The position numbers were made by a program, and so were the translations under genes. The notes beneath the pieces were generated by a model, which was not told where the DNA came from, made no database searches, and saw nothing but the letters and a program-made list of their open reading frames with translations. A DNA stretch of 64,000 nucleotides from Dudresnaya verticillata (Eukaryota). The DNA lies in contig OZ374561.1 in the NCBI GenBank assembly GCA_977862235.1, forward strand, positions 1,550,001-1,614,000. Reading direction: 5' to 3'. How positions within the stretch are numbered: position 1 is the first letter of the stretch; each line of letters begins with the position of its first letter. Below, in pieces: positions 1-12,146 of this stretch.

Positions 1-2
1 AG

Positions 3-16
3 TTTCCCCCGCCCTT
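3..16 (-). other. Polypurine tract of E1
   Basis: Minus strand reads AAGGGCGGGGGAAA followed by CT at the window edge, the position expected just before the 3' LTR. Confidence 0.6.
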
Positions 17-293
17 GGCGTAGGAACATTTTCCCGTCGAAGATGTGTCGTGACTAACTTCGCCAGTGGCGTGCGTCAAACCCCATCATTGACGTCGCAT
101 CTGCGCACGCGTGTGTACGCTTATCGCCTAGGGCGTTGCTTTAAGGTCCGCCTTCGGCGTCGTTCAGTCTAGCGTCGTTGACGTGTGTTGTGTGTGCTTC
201 CGCCTTTGGCGTAGTTGACTCGACTTTGAAGTCCCAGAACCGTCATTGACGCATCGTGTGAGCTCCGCCAGTGGCGTGTGATTACTCAACTTC

Positions 294-2510
294 TTGGACG
301 TAATGGCACAGTTCAATGGCCTACGAGTGGCTGCGCCTTCGGCGGCGCCGGTGTATCCGTCACCATTCGACTTTGTCGGGAGGACTCCTCGCAACGATGC
401 GCGCTTCTTCTCGCGGGCCCCCTGGTTCGACCAGGAGGCCCTGCGACATGAGGATCTCATCACCCATTACGCTGTGAGCGGGTTTTTGCCAGGGGAGTTG
501 CCCCTGGCCGTCGTGTGGACGAACGAATGGCGCCATCGGTGCGCCATTCCGAGGGGCTGGCTGCGTATTGCCGCCGGCCAGACGCGTGCAGATGCACATG
601 CCCGTTTCGTCGTTGACGTTTATCGGCGGTTTACCCGCTATCCTGGGTCGGTATTGACGCCCACCGTCTTTGAATTTGACGCAGGGCAGTACCGCACAAA
701 TGGCGAGGTTGGGTATGGGGACCGTCTTGGAGCGTTGTCATTAAGCCATGTGGCTGTTTCGGCTGAGCCGCGGGTGCTTCAGGAGGCTAACCTCCTCGGT
801 GTACGCTTGAAAGCGGATTTCCGGTACTTGCATAGGACGGGCACCTTCTATTGGGAGCGCTGCGTCCGTTGGGAGTGCGAAACGCGCCGCCGCAAAGGCG
901 TTTTTGTACCGTATCAAGATACGCAAGTTGATCGCATTGAGCGGGAAAAGTTGCCGCATTGCTTCATTCGCGTCCCGCCGTTGTGGCGGGACTTTGAAGT
1001 CTGCGAGGGCTTTGCGGCTGAATTGCCTCCGTGTGTCACGTATATTGGCTCCGAGTTGCGGACGGACCCGTACTCCCGATGTTGGATCGTGTTTTCCACC
1101 GAGTGGGTTGTCAACGTAACTTACGCATGGATGTGGGAGGTGTATGACACCTTCCGGCTCTATTATGTGCCGCCACGCGTAGTCAGCCTCCTTGGCGGGC
1201 TTGACTTGACCGAAGTGCTGGGCGGTGCCAGGAACTGCCAAGAGTTCTGGGATCTACGCCATGTGGCGGATAAAGTCAACTGGGACGACCCGGCAGCTGT
1301 GCCGCCGGGAAACCGGCGCCGTAAGGCAAACCGTCCGCATTACGCGATGAGTAGGAATCATTCCGCCTGTGGCGATTGGGTATGGTACAACCCTTGGACA
1401 AAACGTCTTATGACGGAGAATATCGCTGAGAGCCACCGTCGTACGGACCGCTTCACGCCAGCGAATCACCCACGTGGATTGCGCAAGAATTGCGACTTTG
1501 CGGGGGATTTCCCACCCCACTTGAGCGCCTTGATGGCGGAGGAGGATGCGTTCCACGCGAACAGCAGGCCGGTTAGCCCGTCTGGGACGGACATCGTTAC
1601 ACCTATGGCGGTTGAGCTTTCTGCGGGAGCGACAGCCCCCGCGACGATTTCGCCAGCGGCGGTAGCACCGTCGGCTGTTGTGCCTGTTGGCTTGCCGTCG
1701 GTTGCGCCGTTGGATCTCTCGGCGCCCTTCAACGACGGTGATGGTGATGCCATCATGGCTGCGCCCGTGGCGAGTCCTGCGCCTGTAGTTACGCCTCAAA
1801 GCGGAGTGTCTAACGTCGCTGACGGTGCGCATCGCCCTTCTGCAGTGCCCGAATGGACTGAGGAGCAGCGCCGCACGGTGCTCGCATTCTTGCGAGCCAC
1901 CGGTGTCGTCACTGACGGGCCGGGCGGGTCCTCCACGACACCCCTCGGGCACTCGCTGTTGGCTGCCCTGCAGCCCAGCGTTGCTGCGGTGCCGGCGTCG
2001 ACCGTCGTTGCGAATGTGCCGTCTAACGACGAAGGTGCGGCGTCTAATGACGGAGTGGCGAAAAAGCCTTTGCCGCCTAAGGCGGGTTCGTCCGCCATTG
2101 CGTCCACTGACGTTGTTAACAAAAGTCCGCCGAAGGCGAGTGCGGTGGCAGCGCCTACGGCGGTTCCGTAGGCTCCAGTGGCCTCTTCGTCGCTGACGGA
2201 TGTTGGTCGTTCAACGCCTTTGGCGGTTAATGCGGTCCCGTCACCGGAGGTGCCGGGGCCGTCGACTTCGCCCAAGGCGGTTGAGGATGCTCCGTCGCCA
2301 AAGGTGATCGAGCTTCCTGGTGTAGCGCCTAAGGCGGATAATGACTCTAACGTTGCGCCTATGGCGGTTGACGAGCAGTCGTCGCCTAAGGCGGATTGTG
2401 AGGCAGGTGCGTCGCCAGCGGCGGATGTCGCGACTTCGACAGCAGTGGTTGTGGCGGGTCCCTTGCGGTCCGTTCCTGCCCCTGCTGCGAGCGCACCGTC
2501 TGTGACGTAA
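294..2510 (+). CDS. Antisense accessory ORF of E1; unknown Trp/Tyr-rich domain plus Ala/Pro/Ser tail; one in-frame TAG at 2169-2171
   Basis: 625-aa ORF continues in frame into 2178..2510; aligns by eye with the antisense ORFs of E2 and E3. Confidence 0.8.
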
Positions 2511-3798
2511 GACGACCTCTACGAAGAGGCGTTAAGAGAATCCGCCAATGGCGTCGGCGATGATGTCCCACTTGGGCCGTCTGCGACGAAAAAGCCGTAG
2601 CGTTGTTGGATCGTTAAGAACGGTTAGCAAACGCGAGAGCGCGTGTGGTGTCGCTTCGCCTGCCCCGTGGTGGGGCGGCGAGCGAGGGATTCATACGTCA
2701 TAGACGGTTAGTGCCGCGTCTCACGACGTAGGTCGTAGTGGAAGGTCATGCGGGCACGGGAGTTACCCTCGCTTGTGAAGCCCGAATAAACTTGACCGTT
2801 GTGAAAACGTAGTTGCTTGTGTGTCCGCTTGATGTATAGCGCTGCGATAGCGAATAATATGTAGTCGACGGGTCGCGTTCGTATAGACGTTGTTGTTGTC
2901 TGTTCGCTGTAGTAGCGTTTGCGTAAAATCTTGGGGCGGTGCCGCCTTGGTGGCGTTTTTCTCCTTTCTTGATGCCGCTACAGTAGCGTAAGCCCTTTTG
3001 GGAGGGTTCATTTTCTCATGCCGACTTAGTCGTTTTGTTCAAATTGTGATTCCGCTTGTTGAGCGACTATGTAGTTGGGGAGCCGTTTGTCGGTAGGCTT
3101 TTCGTTTTTGACGTAGGGCATGTTGGGTTAGCGTCGGGGACGGTTAGCTTGGCGATGTGCCGCGCGTGGGACGCGTTTCTTGCGACTCCTGGGCGTGACT
3201 GCCGCGCCCAGCGGCGGAGTCATTTTTGCGATTAGCGCGTCGTGCACGAAACGTAGCCCAACTCCGTCTTCGACGACTGTTTCTTCTCTCGTGTTTGTGG
3301 GCGACCCCTTTTTCGACTTGAAATACGTCGTTGACGTTCGTGAGCGTCCCCCTCGAGGCGGTTGCGTGCGCCGCCCGTAAGGGTGACGAGTTTCGGACTT
3401 GGCCGTGGGTGGCGCGCTTGGGTGAGGACGTCAGAGACGGTTTGTCGCGTCCGTGCTCGTGGGCGCTCGTAGTGCTGGGGTACACACTTGTCAGGTTCCC
3501 GTTTGTTGGGCGCCGCCGCCTGGCTGGTGCCCGTGTTATTATTTTCGCATTAAAATTTTCCTTTTCGTTGTTGCCCGATTTCGTGTGGTGCGTGCGCCCT
3601 CCACACCTTCTGACTACTGTCAGCCGTTTTGTCCTTACGGACCCCCTCCGAAGAGGGTTGCCTATTCGCGCGTCGCCAACCCAATCGTCCTTGATCCGGT
3701 TGATTACAGCCCCAGTCGTCCATAACGAGTGCACGCCCGCGTCACTCCGTATGAGGATGTGGCGTGTGTTTCGCTTCCAGCGCCCACCCTGACTAGGG

Positions 3799-6700
3799 TT
3801 ATCCGCGTTGCGCGTCGTCGATGTTTGCCGGCAGACGCGTGTGCTTCTGACGGTGATACCGCACGACGTGCGATCGTGGTAGACTGGACACTGGTTCCCA
3901 GGTATTCGCTGAAGCGGGGTATCCAAACCACTTGACGCGGTAGAGGATCTCCCCGTCTTCCACGTGTGCGTGCGACTCAACCCGTTCAATAACGTATTCC
4001 TTCTCGCCTGCAGCGGTCGACATGGGCTCCTGCCGTTCTAACGCCTTGGGCGGTTCACTTCGTTGCGTGATGGGCGTCTGCACCGGTTCAGCAAACCGTA
4101 CTCGACGAGTCGATCGCCTGAGGCGCTGGGTCGGTGCCTCGAGCGCTTGCGTAGCGGTTTGTGGTCCGTCGCTTTTGCGTACTGGTTCCTCGCTTCTAGC
4201 GGCGTCTTTCGCGTTAGCGCGGTCGTCCTCGTCGTCAGTCGATGCGCTCGAAGCGGGACCTACCTTGGTAGCCGGCGAAGCCGAGGTTGCGTGTCCCATT
4301 CGCGTACGGATGCCGGGACCCTCCTCCTCGTCGGAGACGGATTGCGAGACACCGTCGTCGGGGTTAGCAGCAAAGGGCGAGAGCTCTGCTAACCCGCGGC
4401 TTCGTGGCGTTGCACTCATGCGCTCCTGCGAGTCGTTCTTGCTGCGCGGTGTCCCTGTGCCTCCTGCCGGGTCCGCCTGCGGCGTGTCTGGGGTTCCTGC
4501 TCCTTCGTCGGTTGACGTGGGGGCCGGTGGTCCCGATACGTCAGGTGATCCCGGTGGTTGCACGGTTGCGGGGGCGTTGTGCCCTGGTGGGGTTGGCGCC
4601 CATACCACGCGGTCTCGGGATAAGCGTTCACGTTCGCCACGTCCCTTGTCGACGGTGACTGTCCCGTCGTCGACGTGTGTTACTTGATACGGTCCATCCG
4701 CTACAGGTGCGAGCTTGTGCTTGCGCTCTGAGCGATCGGTGCTCCCGCCGCGGGCGAAGTATTCCTTCCGCACGAATGCGAAGTCGCCCACGGCGATGTT
4801 CTCCTTCGATTTCCTCAGACGAGTATCGAAGTTCCGTTTGCAACGCGCCTGCGTTTTCGCGAGCGACGCGTTAGCGGTTCCCATCAATGCGGACAGCCAG
4901 GTTCGCCATTTGGTGTAGTACTGTCCGGCAGTGGGCACGCTGTCAAGCGACGGCTCCGCTTCCAGCGATAGTGGCCGCGGGGGCTTGGATAGCACCAGCT
5001 CGAATGGAGCGAGGTGGGTGGACGAGTGCAGTTGCGTATTGTACGCGAACGTGAGGGCATCGGTGAACAAATCCCAGTCCCTGGGGTGGTCTGCTACATA
5101 GTGACGCAGGGAGGCGAGGATGGTTCGATTGAATCGTTCCACTTGGCCGTTACACTGCGGATGGTATGTAGTGGTGAAGAGATTCTCCACCCCTAAGATG
5201 CGGCAGACGTCCTGGAACAACTTGGCTACAAACTGCGGCCCGTTGTCGGACAGCAGCTTCTTGGGTGGGCCATACACAAACACCCAGTGTCGAACAAACG
5301 CCTTAGCGATCTCCAATGCCGTAATCTTACGTAAGGGAACCGCCCGGACCAGCTTTGAGAAGCGGTCCACGATGACGAGTAGGAACTTATTCCCCCGTTT
5401 AGTGCGTATGAGCTCCCCGAGTATATCGATGGACACAAACTCGAGAGGCTCGGTTGCTGGGAACAGTTTCATCTCCTTCACGTTCTTTCGCATCAGTACC
5501 CGGTTCTTCGCGCAAGTAACGCAATTGCGGACGGTCGCGTAACCGTCCGCATAACCGTCCACCGACATAGACGGCCAATAATACTCGCGTCGAAGCGTAT
5601 GGTACAGCTTCCGCCCTCCGGGATGTCCTGCTAGTTTAGCATGATGCCAGAGGTGGAGCAATCGAACGCGTAACGCGGATGGTACAACGACTTGGGGTCG
5701 GGCCTCGACGGTCCGAACCAATAGTCCCTGTTCGTCCGTTGCAAACGGTAGGTTGTCTCCGTCTTCTAGACGTTTCCGAATCTCGGAACAGTATTGGTCA
5801 CTGCCCTGAGCATGCACCAACTCTTCATGCGTCAATTGACGGAGGAGCACTTCATCCGCCGGTGGCGCGTTGGTAACCAACATCTGATCAAACTCCGCGA
5901 AGTCTTGTTCGGAGAAATCGACCTCGCTCTTGGTGTTTGACGTATAGCGTTCTGCGTAAGCGTGGCCGTCCTCTGACGAGTGATCCTCGTCTTTGACGTA
6001 ACTTCCGTGGTAACACGGGATATCATCGTCGATTGGTTCGACAGTTTCACCGTTCGTCTGTAGACGTGAGAGGGCATCTGCCTGAGTATTCAGGTACCCC
6101 TTTTTATACTTCACGACGAAGTCGAACTCAGAGAGGCGAAGGCGCCATCTCATCAACCGTCCCGAGGGGTCGCTGATTTCCATCAGCCACCTCAACGACG
6201 AATGGTCCGTATGGACTACGAAGGACTCCATCTGAAGGTACGGTCTCAACGTCGTGATCGACCAGATTACTGCTAGGCATTCCTTTTCGGATACCGAGTA
6301 GTTGCGCTCCGGAGCGGTTAACGAGCGTGACCAGAAGCCAAGCGGCTTCCGTTCGCCGTCAGGCTGTGTTTGAAAGAGTGCGCAGCCAACTTGGTACTCG
6401 CTCGCGTCACAATCGACGGAGTACGGTAGCCCTTGTTGTGGCAACGCCAGGATGGGCGGGTGAGTCACCGCTTCGAAAAGCGTACTGAATGCTCGAGCTT
6501 GCTCCTCGGTGAACGGTTGTAACCGGAAGTCTTGCTCCTTCCTTAACAATTTGTTGAGGGGAGCGGCGACATGCGCGTATCGCGATAAAAACCGTCTATA
6601 GACGTTGCATAATCCGAGAAAGCTCCGTAATTCCTTCTGGTCCCGCGGATGCTTGGCTTCGCGTAACGCGGCTGTGACCGTACGGTCTACTTCCAATCGT

Positions 6701-8523
6701 CCCGGACGTATCACATGGCCGAGATAGTTGACGGTCGGGGTGAAGAAGTCACACTTGGTTAACTTCAATGTCACCCCGGCCCGATGCAAGGTTGAAAGGA
6801 TCTCGTCAACATGATGGAAGTGACTGTCGATATCATTCGAGAAGATGATCACATCGCCAAGGTAGACGAGGCATGAACGCCACTTGTAACCAGCAAGCAG
6901 GATATAGAGGGTCCGTTGAAACGTGGCCGGTGCGTTAGTAAGTCCGAAGGGCATACGCTTGTAGCGGAACAATCCGGCATGGCACGTGAATGTCGTCTTA
7001 TCGCGATCTCGCGGGTTGATGGGCACCTGCCAGTAACCACTGTTGCAGTCTAGGGTGGTGAAGACGTTCGCTTCCCCTAGACTGTCAATACATTCGTCGA
7101 TTCGCGGGAGAGGGTACGTATCCCGTACCGTTACTGCGTTCAAGCGACGGTAGTCAACACAGAAGCGGAGTGTACCGTCCTTCTTGGGAGCAAAGACGAC
7201 CGGCGACGCCCATGGCGATTGTGCGGGTTCGATAACCCCCTGACGCAACATGCGATCCACCTCCGCTTGAGCGAGTTGCCTTTGCTTTGGGCCAGCGCGG
7301 TAAGGCGGGGATGAAATCGGCCTGGAGCCGGGGAGCAAGTCAATATAGTGCTCCGTGGTTGCGATTTCTTCTAATGAACCGTCCCACATCGATGAGTACC
7401 TGCGCAGCATCTCCTTCAGACGGCCTTGATGTTCGGCTGAGAGATGACTCAGGTCCAAATCGTCCACTGACGGGGGTTTAGCTAGAATTGCTTCGATCGA
7501 CTTAGCGAATGTATCCGGCTGTGCCGTTACTCCATCATTCGTTTGAAAACGGAAATCTTGATTCGCCTCTTCCTCCGCTGCCTGCTCCTCGGTGATACCT
7601 AGGACATCGGCCAGACTTATGTGACTGGGGAACACTGCTGTGGGATGTGGCAACGCGGTAGCGACGACTTGTCCTTTGACGAGCGCTTGCGGGCGCGGGG
7701 AGAAGTTCGCGACGAGAATCCGGAACACTCTCAGCGGCTCTACTTGAGCGACTCCGTTAGTAACGGCCAAAGCTTGCCGATCATATAACGTTCCAAACGG
7801 TTGGATGGTAATGACCCCTGCTCGCTCGGTCGTTACCGAGATCCACTTTTGCGCCTGCGGCGGGATAATCGTTCGTTCCGCAACGCGTATCTTGGGCGAC
7901 GTTCGTCCTCCGGTCGTGCCGTACTCTTGTTCCGTTGGCAACGGGGGGTACGACGAGGGACGGCGCAGCGGGCGGCGCGTTATAGGGACACGGGTCCCGT
8001 CGTCCAACTCAATCTCGCGACTCCGCGGATAAATCGCTTCGACAAAGCGGTCGCAAAAGTCGCAACCGAGTATAACCGGCGCAGCGAGCCGTTCACAGAC
8101 GATCAACTCCAACTTGACAACCCTTCGTCCGAGACGTACGACTAAGGCGATAGTGCCCCGGGTCTGAATCGCTTTGTTGTTAGCGTCTGATATGACGGGG
8201 AGACTCTTGGATACGATCCGTGATCGCGCTTCTAGCGGAATATCGTCAATACGGATGAAATTCGGACCAGCCCCCGTGTCGAGGACAGTGAGTTTACGTG
8301 CCAAGGTACCTACAGTTATGCCTAGATCGGCGTATACCTTGTAGTTCCTTTTGGCCATTACGAACAACTGTACCCGGGCTTGTGGGGGCTGGTACCTACG
8401 CCAGGGGCGCTTCAAGGACGTCTGTGACGAGTCTACCCGCCCATCGGCGTGTTTGTTAACTAAGTTCGGGTCCTCCTTCCGTGTCAGCACCCGAGGCGGA
8501 AGCCTCTCTGCTTGGTGCGACAC
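3799..8523 (-). CDS. pol: Pol polyprotein of E1 (aspartic protease, RT, RNase H, integrase, chromodomain)
   Basis: LDTGAG protease; RT motifs LRFCVDYRRLN, YWQ, MPFGL, YLGD (YxDD mutated); RNase H DAS..E..TDH; integrase HHCC and D,D,E; C-terminal YVIERV..YRVKWFGY..NTWEP chromodomain. Confidence 0.97.
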   Translation of the reverse strand: MSHQAERLPPRVLTRKEDPNLVNKHADGRVDSSQTSLKRPWRRYQPPQARVQLFVMAKRNYKVYADLGITVGTLARKLTVLDTGAGPNFIRIDDIPLEARSRIVSKSLPVISDANNKAIQTRGTIALVVRLGRRVVKLELIVCERLAAPVILGCDFCDRFVEAIYPRSREIELDDGTRVPITRRPLRRPSSYPPLPTEQEYGTTGGRTSPKIRVAERTIIPPQAQKWISVTTERAGVITIQPFGTLYDRQALAVTNGVAQVEPLRVFRILVANFSPRPQALVKGQVVATALPHPTAVFPSHISLADVLGITEEQAAEEEANQDFRFQTNDGVTAQPDTFAKSIEAILAKPPSVDDLDLSHLSAEHQGRLKEMLRRYSSMWDGSLEEIATTEHYIDLLPGSRPISSPPYRAGPKQRQLAQAEVDRMLRQGVIEPAQSPWASPVVFAPKKDGTLRFCVDYRRLNAVTVRDTYPLPRIDECIDSLGEANVFTTLDCNSGYWQVPINPRDRDKTTFTCHAGLFRYKRMPFGLTNAPATFQRTLYILLAGYKWRSCLVYLGDVIIFSNDIDSHFHHVDEILSTLHRAGVTLKLTKCDFFTPTVNYLGHVIRPGRLEVDRTVTAALREAKHPRDQKELRSFLGLCNVYRRFLSRYAHVAAPLNKLLRKEQDFRLQPFTEEQARAFSTLFEAVTHPPILALPQQGLPYSVDCDASEYQVGCALFQTQPDGERKPLGFWSRSLTAPERNYSVSEKECLAVIWSITTLRPYLQMESFVVHTDHSSLRWLMEISDPSGRLMRWRLRLSEFDFVVKYKKGYLNTQADALSRLQTNGETVEPIDDDIPCYHGSYVKDEDHSSEDGHAYAERYTSNTKSEVDFSEQDFAEFDQMLVTNAPPADEVLLRQLTHEELVHAQGSDQYCSEIRKRLEDGDNLPFATDEQGLLVRTVEARPQVVVPSALRVRLLHLWHHAKLAGHPGGRKLYHTLRREYYWPSMSVDGYADGYATVRNCVTCAKNRVLMRKNVKEMKLFPATEPLEFVSIDILGELIRTKRGNKFLLVIVDRFSKLVRAVPLRKITALEIAKAFVRHWVFVYGPPKKLLSDNGPQFVAKLFQDVCRILGVENLFTTTYHPQCNGQVERFNRTILASLRHYVADHPRDWDLFTDALTFAYNTQLHSSTHLAPFELVLSKPPRPLSLEAEPSLDSVPTAGQYYTKWRTWLSALMGTANASLAKTQARCKRNFDTRLRKSKENIAVGDFAFVRKEYFARGGSTDRSERKHKLAPVADGPYQVTHVDDGTVTVDKGRGERERLSRDRVVWAPTPPGHNAPATVQPPGSPDVSGPPAPTSTDEGAGTPDTPQADPAGGTGTPRSKNDSQERMSATPRSRGLAELSPFAANPDDGVSQSVSDEEEGPGIRTRMGHATSASPATKVGPASSASTDDEDDRANAKDAARSEEPVRKSDGPQTATQALEAPTQRLRRSTRRVRFAEPVQTPITQRSEPPKALERQEPMSTAAGEKEYVIERVESHAHVEDGEILYRVKWFGYPASANTWEPVSSLPRSHVVRYHRQKHTRLPANIDDAQRG

Positions 8524-8549
8524 CCCAGTGTCAGGAGTTGGTACCCTTA

Positions 8550-11107
8550 TTAGTTTTTCGCCTGCGGCGGTTGTAGCGGCACTGCGTAGCGATTGATCAC
8601 CTTCGGATGACGTTCTGCTGCGTGCGGCATAGGTCCGCCTCGTGGCGACGGTGGTCGTGCTGCACGGCGTGCTGCTTCACGCGCAGCGCGTTCCTTGTAC
8701 CGAGTGTACGCGTCGGCGGGTACCCCCGCCCTCTCGGCGTCTGTTAAGCCTTCGTAGTTGGCGATCGCTTTCATATACTCGCTCATGCGGAGGAAGCAGT
8801 CCGGTTCGATGTGGCCACGGGCATAACACTGATGACAGACCAACTGTCTGCGAGCGTCTTGACGGGGCGGACCCCTGTCTTGCCAACCTGGCCTCGCCCG
8901 ATGGACGTGGGGGGCATACTCCGAGTACGGGACGCGTGGCGCGGGCACCACGGAACGCCCAAAGGCGAGCGTAGGATCCATCGCCTCTGTGTCCCCGTCT
9001 TCGACGTAGCTGTCCGTAGGTAACCCTGGCGTTGGCACTGATGCTTGTTCATTGGCCAAGTAGAGATCGCCATCGGCGTGTGTTTCCATATCGTCCGCAT
9101 GACGGGTGACATCACGGAACTCAACGGAGGACTCCGCTATCATAGCGCGTGCGGCAGGCTTCGTGCCCCTCGTCTGTTGACGTAGAACCGTTCGGTTGTC
9201 GCCAATGGCGGGGCGCGATGCGCGAGCGGCTTGTGCCGGGCCAATATATCCCGTCTTACTGACGTCGAACCGGCCCTGCCGTGTCTTGCGCGTTGCGCGT
9301 CGCCTTCGTCCTGGGCGAAGTGGACTAAACGTTCAAAAGATAACTCCGCCCTCGGCGTTTCTTCGCGGAAGCGGGCCACTAAGGACCTGATCGTCGGGTC
9401 TAACCCATCGATGAACAGTGTCATCTTTTCCCATTCGGGATAAACGTTACCGCAACGAATACATGCGCCGGCGAGTCTCATGCCGTAAGTCGTCTCGTCT
9501 TCGCCCTGCTTCTGACTAGTCGACCGCAGGGCGAGGACAGCGTCTCGAATCGCCGAAGGCGTGGCGTATGTGCGGAGTAGATAGTGCACCGCCTCCGGGT
9601 ATGATGATACGCCTCCACGGTGACGAGAGGACGTCGATTTGACGGAGCGGAATTGCGTCGCTGCCATACCTCTTAAGAAGTACGGCAGCGCGATGAACGC
9701 TTGTGCTTCGCTCATCTCTAGCGTGTCCGCCTCATCCGCGAACCGCGTTAAGAATTCGAAGACCATCACGGGGTCGCTGCCGTTGAAGGCGGCGTCCTTC
9801 GTCGTTAACTCGAGTCGCTTGATATGGTCTTTGACCTTCCCGGTTTCGCGTCCAGAGCGCTTCTGTCCCACGTCTTGGAGACGGTATGTGCGGTACGACA
9901 GCAGCTGGTCGAAGAGGGGATTGGAGGGGCTTAGCTCCTTCAGTCCCTTGTATCGCTTTCCGCGGGGTCGCATAGCACTGCCGTGAGCCACGTTGTCGCC
10001 ATCGTCTGACGACGAAGAGTGTGTTGACCCACCGTCACTAGACGTGTCTGAAGAGGATGAGGATGAGTCCCCTCGTCGGCGACGGTTCTTCTTTCGTCCA
10101 TGACGCGACTTGCGGCGTTTCTTGCCTCGTCTCATGCGATCTTTGCGTCGTTGACGGTCTTCTTCGGAACTGTCGTCATCGGACGGCGGACCTTGGCGCC
10201 ATTTGGCGGTTTCCAGTCGCTATAAGCGGGTTGCCAATCGTTGAAAACGTTCGCGTGAACTCAGTTCCGACTGGGAGTGGACCGTTAACGGCGCTTGCTG
10301 CGGGGAATCTACCCCGTAGTTGGGGTTCGTCATCAGACGGCCGAGGTCGGAACGGAGTCCTTGAAGGGCGCCGTCCCGATCTTCTTCCAACGTCTGTAGA
10401 CGGCTGAAAATACCTCCGACATTGTCGTCGAGCATTTCCGCGAATCGGGCGAGTAAGTTATCGTCTTCGACGACGCATACTTCCCGAATCCGCTCGCGAG
10501 GTATCGTGAGATTACCAACGCGGGCGGATGCTGGGGACGCCATTGGCGGTGTGTGCGCGGGGGTTGACGCCTGCGGCGGACCTCCCGCGCTGCGCGGTTG
10601 CGCTAACGGCCTGGCCGGTGAATATCCGGCACTGCCGTGGGGTGAAGGGCAGCAGCCCCTTGGGATTGGTGATTCGTCTACGACGTCGCGCCCCGCAGGG
10701 CGTCCCTGGTCGTCGTTGACGGGTAAGGTTGGTTGGTGAACCGGAACTTCCGGTTGTTCCTCGACGATGTCGGCTTGGGCTCCGTCCTCGATGGGTCGCT
10801 GTTCGGCTTGTACCGTGTCAGCGGAATCCACATGCGAGTGGTAAGTTCGGAGGGCCGATTCGTTGGGCACGGTGGTGCGAATAACGACGGGTACCGGCAG
10901 GGGAGGTACTCCTCCCCTGTTGAGCGATATGTGGGATTGGTCGTGTCCCAGACCGGTCGGGAAGGCCGATGCGATCTCTGGGCTCACGAGGCGCCCAGAA
11001 CTCGTTGTCATCCGCTGTAGCGACCGCTCCGACGCGGGAGCACTCCCCGGCGTCGATGACGGTCTTCTTGAACTGGGGCCTCGCGACGGCGGCGGTCGTG
11101 AGGCCAT
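8550..11107 (-). pseudogene. gag: gag of E1 (in-frame stop at 10220, frameshift near 9150-9200)
   Basis: Capsid-like FNGSDPVMVFEFL..Q..E segment; zinc knuckle CHQCYARGHIEPDC; ORFs 10220..11107 and 9140..10135 share a frame. Confidence 0.9.
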
Positions 11108-11215
11108 GATGCAGTCGTAGAGTTGCTTGAACGTCGTGGACGATTAGCGACGAACGTCTAGAGACGGAAGGTCGGACGTCGCACGACGGAGTAACTCGTT
11201 GAAACGTAGCACACT

Positions 11216-11232
11216 TCTAGGTCGAGAGACCA
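11216..11232 (-). other. Primer binding site of E1
   Basis: TGGTCTCTCGACCTAGA, 2 nt inside the LTR end; near-identical to the PBS of E2-E4. Confidence 0.9.
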
Positions 11233-11234
11233 GT

Positions 11235-12146
11235 TGTAGTGCAAACGTCGATGACGAAACACCGCCGAGCAGTTCGGGGCTCGGTGGGTAGCGACGCCTG
11301 CGGCGATGAATGGCCTCGCCGTGGGCGTCTGGTGGTAGAGCGGTTGACTCGCCTTGGGCGGACTGTAAACGCCCTTGGCGGAAAAGAAGAACAAAAGAAA
11401 ACAGAAAGGGAACACGTCGAGGACGGGTAGAGACGTGGAAGCACGGAGGTAGACGCTTAGCCGTAGGCAGCGGTAGGGTACGCGCGTACTGAACGGGGAA
11501 GTCTGGACCAAGGCCGGCTTGTCGGGGTTTACTGTGTCGTCAGAGACGGATCAACTAAGTATAGAATTACCTAGCGGCGGCGACGCGGATGCACGCGTCA
11601 CGCGGGAACTCGGGACACGTGTTGTCCCGAGGCGCGTCTGACAGATCCGTCCGTCATGCAGCCGCGCTCCTGACAGATCACGCGTAGCTTCCCTGCGCGA
11701 GTCCTTACACCTACACGTGGACTACTTCCTTACAGCCGCGTGCGCCTCATGGCGCGTGCGATCTTGATTCACGCCAATCCCGATCCAGTCCGGATTCGGG
11801 CCAGCGATGCGGATGCGCCAGGCTTACAGGCGCGTGTCTTACACCCCTTAGTCCCGATGTGGGATCCCGATGTGGGATCCCGATCGGATCCGGATTCGGG
11901 CCACGCTTACAGCGAACATTCCCGCCACTGCGCCATGCGCGTACACGTGGCGCCGTACAGTGGCCGGGTTCAGGCGTGCGGTCTGCACGCCCAGCGAGCC
12001 GTTCTGGCCCGAGTGGCCAGCGGCATGCGTCGGTGACGTGTTTGCGCCGCGCGCGGGTTGAGCGCGCCGTTGGCGGTCGTCCGTCGGTAGACGCTGAATA
12101 TCAACCCGCTTGAAAGCGAAAACGGGGGACCCCCCCTGGCACTACA
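11235..12146 (-). repeat. 5' LTR of E1 (912 bp)
   Basis: Perfect terminal inverted octamer TGTAGTGC...GCACTACA; abuts PBS; internal GGATCC-like 6-bp array; homologous to the solo LTR. Confidence 0.9.

Larger units (their letters stand above)
1..12146 (-). mobile_element. Ty3/Gypsy chromovirus-type LTR retrotransposon E1 (3' LTR lies just left of the window)
   Basis: On the minus strand: LTR 11235..12146, PBS, gag, PR-RT-RH-IN-chromodomain pol, antisense ORF, then a polypurine tract at 3..16. Confidence 0.95.

Noticed and set aside
294..2171. env-like gene
   Set aside because: It is antisense to pol, with no evident signal peptide or transmembrane anchor.
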